Source: a virus. Taken from it: a stretch of DNA of 64,000 bases. The notes below the pieces were generated by a model. The model saw only the letters and a program-made list of their open reading frames with translations. It was not told where the DNA came from and ran no database searches. Positions 8,701 through 16,420 of the stretch are shown piece by piece (within the stretch, counting starts at the first letter, position 1; each line of letters opens with the position of its first letter). The position numbers and the translations under genes were made by a program. The stretch lies in UHGV virus genome UHGV-1372970. One strand, written 5' to 3'.

Positions 8701-9744
8701 TTATTCTGAGCTAACGTTTTTAGTCTTGTTTTGGATAGACTTAATGGCCTTCACTATTTCGGCTAAATCCTTCTCGCGGTACATATCGACAATCTGCGAC
8801 TTGGTGTACTTCTTATCGCCAATCTCAATGCGCCCGGTTGACGTCTTCGGAATGTAGCCCTTGTCGAGCATGTACTCTACGAGCGACTCAATGACATCCA
8901 GACCACGCGCAGGGTCAAAGTAGAAGTTCCACTCGCATTTCTGGAACGGTGGCGCTACCTTGTTCTTGACGCACTCTGCCTTGACCAGCTGGCCGACGCG
9001 TTCAGATCCTTCCTTCAGCTGGCCACCTCCTAACTTAATGCGGACGGAAGCGTAGAACTTTGGAGAATCGCCGCCTGGCGAAGTCGTCGGATCACCAAAC
9101 ATAACGCCCATTTTTGTCCTGACTTGGTTCAGGAAGATAAGGCAGGCGTTGTACTTCTGCGCCCACTTAGCCAACGTCGGCAGATTCGCAGAAGTAGCAC
9201 GCGCCAGCGCCGTGTTGTCGTTCATGTTCAGCTCGTCTTTATCCTTAGCTGTGCCGTCAGCCATCTTCTCGAACTTCTCGAACTTCTGGCGCGGAACCAT
9301 GGATGCCAGCGAGTCATAAACAATGACGATAGGCGCGTCTTCGGGGACAAGGCTATTATTGCGAACGGTCGACAAAATTCGTCCAGTTATCTCAATTGCA
9401 TCCTCAAAGGTATCTGGCTGTTTATAAACCCAACCATCGTCAGATTGCAGACCGTTAATTTCAGCCAGGCCAACGTCGAAACTGTTCTCGTGATCAAGAA
9501 ACACAGCGAGACCGCCTTTCTTTTGTGCCGCGACCATTGCACGAGTAGCCAAAAAGGTTTTTCCCGCCGAAGGAGGCCCGAAGATTTCTACGATGCGACC
9601 GCATGGAAGACCTCCTTCCAAATCACCAGAAACCGCCTCATTCAGTGGCGGGTATCCAGTGTCTAGCCATTGCTCAACCTTTTGAATTTCATCATTTCCG
9701 CCGATGCTTTTAATCAGTGCTGCTGTTAGTGGTGACTTTTTCAT
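8701..9744 (-). CDS. RecA/UvsX-like recombinase
   Basis: GLPCGRIVEIFGPPSAGKTFLA closely mirrors the RecA Walker A region. Confidence 0.7.
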   Translation of the reverse strand: MKKSPLTAALIKSIGGNDEIQKVEQWLDTGYPPLNEAVSGDLEGGLPCGRIVEIFGPPSAGKTFLATRAMVAAQKKGGLAVFLDHENSFDVGLAEINGLQSDDGWVYKQPDTFEDAIEITGRILSTVRNNSLVPEDAPIVIVYDSLASMVPRQKFEKFEKMADGTAKDKDELNMNDNTALARATSANLPTLAKWAQKYNACLIFLNQVRTKMGVMFGDPTTSPGGDSPKFYASVRIKLGGGQLKEGSERVGQLVKAECVKNKVAPPFQKCEWNFYFDPARGLDVIESLVEYMLDKGYIPKTSTGRIEIGDKKYTKSQIVDMYREKDLAEIVKAIKSIQNKTKNVSSE

Positions 9745-9761
9745 GTGTTTTCCTTTGTTTA

Positions 9762-10022
9762 TTATTTGGTTAAGCCAATTTCTTTTTCGGCCAGTTCGCG
9801 ATTAAAAGTGACGGTGTCACAATTCATCATCTTGGCCGAACGCTCGATAATGGTGACAACGTGGTTTTTCACGATGTCCACTTCACGAGCGGTCAGTGCG
9901 ATTTTGTGGCCGGAGATGCAGGCTTTAAAATCAGATAAGGCGTACTCGCCATACGTGAACACCAGTTCCTTCGCCAGTGCGGTCGGGGTGGTCGATTTCC
10001 CGTTAACGATTGACGTAATCAT
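9762..10022 (-). CDS. hypothetical protein
   Basis: 86-aa ORF, 4-nt overlap with the FEN gene. Confidence 0.4.
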   Translation of the reverse strand: MITSIVNGKSTTPTALAKELVFTYGEYALSDFKACISGHKIALTAREVDIVKNHVVTIIERSAKMMNCDTVTFNRELAEKEIGLTK

Positions 10023-10996
10023 TCAGGCACCAGACCACAGCGCTTAACGAACGGCACGATGAATACCTCAAGGTCGCCAGTGATTGACTGGAAGCTCAAT
10101 TGCATACAGATCTGCTTAAAGGTTTCCAGACTTTGCTCGCCGCGGATTACTTCCAGCTTCTGAGGCGGGAACTTCGTGTCAATCAGGTCCATCAGTTTGA
10201 TATTCCGCATGAACGCCTCAAGCATCCGACAACCGGTTTTTTCATTGAACGCATTCTTGGCTAGGTTGTTAACTGCCGTCTTGTTACGCCCCTTGTCTAT
10301 GACGATAGAGCCATCGCAAATGCCCTTAACGAGCGTGACCATCGAGCCATACTCATTAATCAGATCCATCGCGCCTTTCTCGCCAATGCCACCGACTTGC
10401 TGAATGTTGTCTGACTTATCGCCCTGCAGCGCTTTACCTTCCAAAAAGCCGCGCTGGTGTGGGTAGCCGGTAAGCTCTGAGAACGCTTCAATGGTGATAC
10501 GCTTGTGCTTCGCATCTTCCCGCAGACTGACCCACGTAACCTTTTCGTCAACAAGCTGAATCCAGTCAGAGTCAGCTGTTAGCAGGTAAACGTGCTCAAC
10601 CTCTTTATTTGCCATATAGCGCTTTTTCAGAATGCCGGCCAAATCATCAGCCTCACCATCTAACGCTGTAATTTGGTCGACACCCAGCGAAGTGATCGCT
10701 TTTTTGATGAATGGCTTCTGAGTGGCGAAGCCTTCTTTCATTTTCGTCATCTCTGGGTTGTCGTCGCGATTCGCTTTATATTCCGGGTAGTAGCTGCGAC
10801 GTGCATCGCTAAACCCGTCCCACAGCACGACTGGACGTGCTTTTAACAGGGACGCATAGCGACGCATGTTGGTAATGAAACCGAAGACTGCTTGAGTCTC
10901 CATGTCACCGCTATGCAGCTTTTTAGGCTGCTGCTGGTGGTAGTAACCGAGGCTGTTTCCGTCGATTATTAAGATGTTCACGGCATTATTCTCCAC
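10019..10996 (-). CDS. flap endonuclease / 5'-3' exonuclease (FEN, RNase H-like)
   Basis: N-terminal IIDGNSL.. PIN-like domain plus helix-hairpin-helix region. Confidence 0.75.
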   Translation of the reverse strand: MENNAVNILIIDGNSLGYYHQQQPKKLHSGDMETQAVFGFITNMRRYASLLKARPVVLWDGFSDARRSYYPEYKANRDDNPEMTKMKEGFATQKPFIKKAITSLGVDQITALDGEADDLAGILKKRYMANKEVEHVYLLTADSDWIQLVDEKVTWVSLREDAKHKRITIEAFSELTGYPHQRGFLEGKALQGDKSDNIQQVGGIGEKGAMDLINEYGSMVTLVKGICDGSIVIDKGRNKTAVNNLAKNAFNEKTGCRMLEAFMRNIKLMDLIDTKFPPQKLEVIRGEQSLETFKQICMQLSFQSITGDLEVFIVPFVKRCGLVPE

Positions 10997-11041
10997 GAAT
11001 AAATAAGGCGTCCGAAGACGCCTCTTGAATCAACGGCTGGG

Positions 11042-12022
11042 TTACATAGCGAGCGCGGAAAGCTGCGCGTAGATGTCGTCCAGGTCTTCGTCTGCTGGCG
11101 GGGTGGCTGCTGGTTCTTCAGCCGCTGGGGTAACTGCTTTCTCTTCAGCGGTTGGCTCGAATACCGCGTCTTTCGCGTACTCCACTTCCTTATCCAACAG
11201 TGAAGCCTCTGGGGTTGAGTCATCCACGCCGGTAATCGACGCACTTCCCATGCCTGGGAGAAGTGCGGCTGTACCAGCTGCTGCTGGCAGAGCACCCGCA
11301 GTAGACCCCATGGAAGCTGGCAGAGCTACACCGGTTGCACGAGCGATCATTTTCGAGGTCGCCATCAGTTTTGTCGGATCGGACTGATTGGCGAAGTTTT
11401 CCAGTGAAGGCTGGTTGTCCCAGAACTTAGACGGAACCGCCATTTTGTTTTTACGCATTGGCTTAACTTTGTAATCAGTATCCATACCGGAACCAGTTCG
11501 CAGGATCTGATATGCGTAACCTTTCTCGCGATCAAGCGGCTCACCAATTTCGTCGTTCATGTCCTGCATGATGGCATCCATCAGGTCATCAAAGACGGAA
11601 ATAGGCATGTCGATAAGAGACGTTTTTTCAGTGTCGCTGAAGTCTTCTTTCTGGGAGTACATGCCGACAACAGCCATACGCGGAGAGGCGCGCATGTCGT
11701 CGATGACTTTCTCCATGGCTTTGTTGCCTTTGTACTTCGCTTTGGCTTCCATGACCATTTCACACATTTCACACGGCTTGTCGTGAGTATGCTGGAAGCA
11801 CAGGTGTGCGCTGTACACGTCCTTTCCGTCTTCGCCTTTGGTCTTGGCGTAGTGGATACCGTATTTATGGGAGAATGGCGCGTTTTCCGGGTCATCTTTG
11901 TTCAGGATGATGCGCACGTAGTTTTCGCCTGTCTGCATCTTTTGCAGATCGCTGCCGCGGTTGTTGCGAGCACTTTTCGCAACGTCTTGGCTTTTCTTCA
12001 GGAGCTTCATTAAGGCGGACAT
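11042..12022 (-). CDS. ssDNA-binding protein, T4 gp32-like
   Basis: H/C zinc cluster (HLCFQHTHDKPCEMCEM) and acidic C-terminal tail DEDLDDIY. Confidence 0.55.
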   Translation of the reverse strand: MSALMKLLKKSQDVAKSARNNRGSDLQKMQTGENYVRIILNKDDPENAPFSHKYGIHYAKTKGEDGKDVYSAHLCFQHTHDKPCEMCEMVMEAKAKYKGNKAMEKVIDDMRASPRMAVVGMYSQKEDFSDTEKTSLIDMPISVFDDLMDAIMQDMNDEIGEPLDREKGYAYQILRTGSGMDTDYKVKPMRKNKMAVPSKFWDNQPSLENFANQSDPTKLMATSKMIARATGVALPASMGSTAGALPAAAGTAALLPGMGSASITGVDDSTPEASLLDKEVEYAKDAVFEPTAEEKAVTPAAEEPAATPPADEDLDDIYAQLSALAM

Positions 12023-12088
12023 GTGATTTCCTTTGTTGTTAATAGCTTTATTAATTTTTGGTTATGATAGATAAGCAATCACTTATTA

Positions 12089-12541
12089 TCAAGATACATT
12101 TTTAGGGGCGTGAAACCGATCGACGCCTGTTTTCTCGTACTCTGAAATTGCCTTTTTTGAGGCCTGGACAATCATGTCTCGACGATGGCCGAGGGCGTTT
12201 ACAACGTGCTTGTAAAAATCTGCTTTGTACTTCGCATCGTCGTGTTTTTGACGGGCTGCAAGATACGCAGGATTCGACTTAACCTTGGATTCAATGGTCG
12301 ATTCACTGAGACGAACGCCGTCAAAACTAAGACCTGCTCGCGTCGTCGAATAGAGTCGCGCCTCGACTGATTCCAAATCACGCTTTGCAGTATTGGCGTC
12401 GCTTTCAGCCTCAGCTTGCTTGAATCCATAAATGGCAACAAGTTCAGGTTGACGACGCCAGACGGTATCGAGATCGTTCGTATCAAGCCTGATGTCGGCC
12501 ATCACTTCTTTGATGATTGCCTTATCCATTACCAGCTCCAA
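12089..12541 (-). CDS. hypothetical protein (true start may be MDKAII at 12529)
   Basis: ORF. Sits next to the SSB gene. Confidence 0.45.
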   Translation of the reverse strand: MELVMDKAIIKEVMADIRLDTNDLDTVWRRQPELVAIYGFKQAEAESDANTAKRDLESVEARLYSTTRAGLSFDGVRLSESTIESKVKSNPAYLAARQKHDDAKYKADFYKHVVNALGHRRDMIVQASKKAISEYEKTGVDRFHAPKNVS

Positions 12542-12693
12542 AACGCACTAATGAACAGCCCGACCGGCCAGAAGATGCAGCAGGTAATCTTCATTTCCAC
12601 CTCGTCGCTATTCGCTGCTTCAGACCACATTTTAGCAAAACCAATTCCGGCGATTAGGTACAGGAGAAGTGCTAGAATTACAAATAAATTCAT
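12532..12693 (-). CDS. small membrane protein (~53 aa)
   Basis: MNLFVILALLLYLIAGIGF... Stop overlaps the next ATG. Below the ORF-track size cutoff. Confidence 0.3.
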
Positions 12694-12828
12694 AGTAAAC
12701 CATTACTTATCATTTGGTATTTGATAATAGCACGAAAAAGCAGGGTGTTGATGCAAATATGGTTATCTGTAGATGTTTGATATAGGGTGTACAATAATCC
12801 AACATTACAGTCGCTTAAGGACGGTACG

Positions 12829-13224
12829 ATGGCTAATAGAATCCCTCTCGACCCAAAATTGCCTGTTAATTTCCATAACACTCCCAACGGAAATCGCTCA
12901 AAGAAACAGCTTGATGAGTGGTGGGATCACCCTTATGGGTTGATTCAGGAGGATGGTTCTATCATGGTTTTGTGTTTGAATGGTGGTTCCTGGGATCGTC
13001 CTTCTTTACTCGGTGTTGCGGAAAATCATGATGAGGCGTGCGAGTTGGCAGAGAAGGAGCAACGTAATTGGGTGAAAACTCGTGAGCAGCCTATCTTTAG
13101 GTACTCCACCAATCCGCCTTTTGAACTGATAAGAGACTCGCAACGACCAGATGAAGAACAGGTGATTGTTGCCTCCTTTGATACACTCGAAGAACTGCAT
13201 CAATACTTATCACAAGGAGATTAG
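12829..13224 (+). CDS. hypothetical protein (start MANRIPL)
   Basis: Plus-strand accessory gene. No recognised motif. Confidence 0.4.
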   Translation: MANRIPLDPKLPVNFHNTPNGNRSKKQLDEWWDHPYGLIQEDGSIMVLCLNGGSWDRPSLLGVAENHDEACELAEKEQRNWVKTREQPIFRYSTNPPFELIRDSQRPDEEQVIVASFDTLEELHQYLSQGD

Positions 13225-13301
13225 TAGCCGTCTATAAATGTTAGGTATATCTGATTGCCTGCTTTAAAACTCATACTCGTGTCACTTACGGCTATATATA
13301 G

Positions 13302-14591
13302 TTGTTTAATATAAGGAGTTGGTGCTTGTCATCTTGGGCTGAAATAAAAATTGACGGGTTTGTGATTGACGAATTTACTCATCATGGCTGTCATTATTGG
13401 TACTTCAAAAACTCTGAGCGGGTTAGAGACGTCACTGAAACAGCGTCTGAAGAGGATTCGGATGAGGTGAGCTGTTTTATAGGATACAGGACTAACGCAA
13501 AATCAATACGAAAACGCTTGGAACTGAGCGGCTTTAGCCGTCAGACGTTGGAGCAGGATTTTGAAACCAGTCTTGAAAACTTTATCGATGAGCTTGAGAG
13601 AGGACTCGGCGCATTACACGATAATCTTTCTGATGGCCGTAGTGCTTCCATGTATCTTGAAATAATTGATACCCAGAATCATATAATTCAAGCCATTCGG
13701 GGTACATCGCTTGACGAATGGCTTGAATTATTGCCGGTGGCGCGAAAGGAATATGTGAGACGACAGGGCGATTTGGCTTTTTCTAATGGCGCCCCTAAAT
13801 GGGTTATATGCGACAGCGCCCCAGCATTACTTAATGCAATGCTAAGTACGCCGATGATTTATTCAGATAACTATTTAAGTGCTGACTTTAATTTCCCGGC
13901 GTCAAACCCTGATTTCTTTTCTCTGGCGCTGCTAATGACGGTGCAGGATGATGCCGTTTGCGAGCTTAACCTGACAGAGCTTGTTCGTGCAGGTTATCTA
14001 GATGATTTTACGGATCTTGCTGAAATAGCCTTATCTGAAACTTCACCTTGTAAAGCTTGTCGCGAATCGCTTGCAGAGTTGGAACTGTTGGCAGGGGTAG
14101 ATCTATCAAACCCAACTCTCCAGAGGATGTGCTATGCCAGCATGATTACCTCAATGGAAACCTATATTGGTGACATTATTAAACGTGAAATCATGACGCG
14201 ACCTGCTTTGAAGGAGCGTTTTGTTGCGAGCTACGAAGAATATAGTGAAATGAAATTTCCACTTAGTCAGATTCACGTTCAGCTTCGTAAATTAGAAAAC
14301 CGGGTTCGTGATACTCTAGATGGCATTGCATTCCACAATTTGGGTAAAGCTAAGGAAATATTCCGTAATGTATTACTCGTAGAGTTTGATATAAACATAT
14401 TTGGAAAACTTTGCAAGGCAGTTGGTACTAGAAATGATATTGTTCATCGAAATGGGAAGGACAAAAAGGGAAATGCTGTCAGTGTTAATATTAATGATAT
14501 TCAGGCGCTTAGAGAGATGATTGTTGTGTTTATCAGCAACATTGATATGCAAGTGTTGGATGGCCTGGCCGCAGCTTGCTTAGAAGATTAG
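13302..14591 (+). CDS. large accessory protein with C-terminal HEPN-like Rx4H motif (GTRNDIVHRNG)
   Basis: Strong SD TAAGGAG at 13311. The likely start is TTG at 13326. Plus-strand gene inside a minus-strand block. Confidence 0.45.
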   Translation: MFNIRSWCLSSWAEIKIDGFVIDEFTHHGCHYWYFKNSERVRDVTETASEEDSDEVSCFIGYRTNAKSIRKRLELSGFSRQTLEQDFETSLENFIDELERGLGALHDNLSDGRSASMYLEIIDTQNHIIQAIRGTSLDEWLELLPVARKEYVRRQGDLAFSNGAPKWVICDSAPALLNAMLSTPMIYSDNYLSADFNFPASNPDFFSLALLMTVQDDAVCELNLTELVRAGYLDDFTDLAEIALSETSPCKACRESLAELELLAGVDLSNPTLQRMCYASMITSMETYIGDIIKREIMTRPALKERFVASYEEYSEMKFPLSQIHVQLRKLENRVRDTLDGIAFHNLGKAKEIFRNVLLVEFDINIFGKLCKAVGTRNDIVHRNGKDKKGNAVSVNINDIQALREMIVVFISNIDMQVLDGLAAACLED

Positions 14592-14770
14592 CCTTGAAAA
14601 ACATATCTGGCTTTATATCTTGGCTATAGGGAATTGATTCATGTGTGCTACTAATATCTGTTTTTTAAAACATTCTGATGTAACCGTATTGACTTCTGGC
14701 ACAGAGTCGTCTGTTAGACTTTACTCTGTGCCATAGGTGAGTTAACTCAGAACTGAGCTAATGTATTTTG

Positions 14771-15193
14771 TTACTGAAGGAGTGCGCCGATCAGTGTTTT
14801 TTTGCCGACAGTCCGACCAGTAATCGCTATACGCTGTGCTCTACGCTCGCGATAGTCGCTCACGCTGCTGGACTTTTCGACTTCCATAAACTCTCTGGCC
14901 ACCTTCATGATTAGAGAATCCCTGAATGCTTCGAACTCAGTCAGTTCCTTCTCGACATCCGTTGCTTTTGCCAGTTTGACTAGACGCCCGCGCACCTCGG
15001 AGTTATTTACCCGTTTCAACATCACTCTGGCGCAACTACGTGCCGCCTTATTCGCGCGTTCGCCGCCAAGAACGGCAACTTTCATCGCGAGGCGAACAGT
15101 GACAGGGCTATCGGCTATCTCCCAGAAAGCAGATTTGTTTACAGCAACGCTGGCCTTGTCGATAAACTCTTGTGACACGGTAACTTCTGTCAT
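14771..15193 (-). CDS. hypothetical protein
   Basis: ATGA overlap with the DnaE C-piece end. Confidence 0.45.
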   Translation of the reverse strand: MTEVTVSQEFIDKASVAVNKSAFWEIADSPVTVRLAMKVAVLGGERANKAARSCARVMLKRVNNSEVRGRLVKLAKATDVEKELTEFEAFRDSLIMKVAREFMEVEKSSSVSDYRERRAQRIAITGRTVGKKTLIGALLQ

Positions 15194-16350
15194 GCTAATG
15201 CCTCTTTGATGTCTTCCATAATCAGCCCCAGCTTTTCACCTTCCTCTGGGCGGAAGTGAAGAATGCCCGGATTAAACCCGTAGAAGACGGTCAAATCCAT
15301 TGCTGAGAAATACTCTTTACGCCCGACCAGATCCGTCGGTTTCGTTTTGTCGTTAAAAAGCGCTGACGAGATTCGGCCACACGTCAGGACGTAGGTTGGC
15401 TTGATCAGCTCCAACTCTTTCTTCATGAACTCGATATAGGTGTTTTCTGCATCGCGGGACAGCGGTAGCTTTTTGTCCTGCTTGATGACGCCGGTGACAT
15501 ACACCTCGCTCATACGCAGATCACCGTTAACAAGCATCTTGGCCTTCAGGTCGTCGTAGCCGTTCTCCATGAAGATCCCCGTCCTGATATCGTTGCCATT
15601 GGCCGTATCGAGGATAATCATCAATTTAGGAGAGACGCCGATGTGCGGAGTCACTAGATCTTCACCTATACCAACCTCTCTGCGAAGCTCTTCCATCAGC
15701 ATAGAAACTTCCGCCTGGCGCTTCGGGTTCATCTCGAACGGACGGTCAATTTTCACAGCGTCGATAATAAGACTACCCATCAGCTCAGATTGAGTCTTGC
15801 GTCGTGACTCAGCCAGCGCTGGCTCGCTCCCCGGTTCAATACTGGCAAATGCGCCAACGGCGTCCAGCGCTTCCTGTACACGGATATTGCACAGCCTAGC
15901 TTCGATCGCCTCTTTGAATTGCGCTCTGGACTCGAAAGCTCCGCCGACACGTTCGCGAGCACGAACGATGGCGAAACAGCCTTTCTCAGAACAACCTTTA
16001 ACAGCGGAGAAGGGGGCATAAAGAGCAGTACGGCCGTCTGACAGCTCCTTTATCTCGATACGCTCAGTTGAGATGTTAATGTCGGGCGGCATGACGATGA
16101 CCCCACGCGCCAGCGCATCTTTAACCACTGCGCGATGCTTCTCATCGTCTTGAATGGTCAATGCGGCCGCAAAGAACGCCGCTGGGTGATGTGTCTTCAG
16201 ATACATCGACTGATAGCTGATCGCGGTGTACGCCACTGCGTGGGATTTGTTAAAACCATACGATCCGAACTTCTCGAAGGCGTCCCATACTTCTTTAGCT
16301 TTCAGCTCACCGAGTCCTGGGCGCTCTGAAACGATTTTAGTGATCTTCAT
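15190..16350 (-). CDS. dnaE: DNA polymerase III alpha (DnaE), C-terminal piece (fingers end, beta-binding, OB)
   Basis: FNKSHAVAYTAISYQSMYLKTHHPAAF matches the E. coli DnaE region around aa 760-790. Own RBS. Confidence 0.8.
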   Translation of the reverse strand: MKITKIVSERPGLGELKAKEVWDAFEKFGSYGFNKSHAVAYTAISYQSMYLKTHHPAAFFAAALTIQDDEKHRAVVKDALARGVIVMPPDINISTERIEIKELSDGRTALYAPFSAVKGCSEKGCFAIVRARERVGGAFESRAQFKEAIEARLCNIRVQEALDAVGAFASIEPGSEPALAESRRKTQSELMGSLIIDAVKIDRPFEMNPKRQAEVSMLMEELRREVGIGEDLVTPHIGVSPKLMIILDTANGNDIRTGIFMENGYDDLKAKMLVNGDLRMSEVYVTGVIKQDKKLPLSRDAENTYIEFMKKELELIKPTYVLTCGRISSALFNDKTKPTDLVGRKEYFSAMDLTVFYGFNPGILHFRPEEGEKLGLIMEDIKEALA

Positions 16351-16420
16351 GTGTTTTCCTTTGTTAGAAAAACAAGCTGTTTACGTGTTTAGAAAACAAC
16401 TTGTTTTCACATGTTACTTA

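Noticed and set aside
9124-9666. 180-aa plus-strand ORF antisense to the RecA-like gene. Also 11073..11387 antisense to SSB and 28399..28758 antisense to the coiled-coil gene.
   Set aside because: These are antisense shadows of strongly supported genes with no start context.
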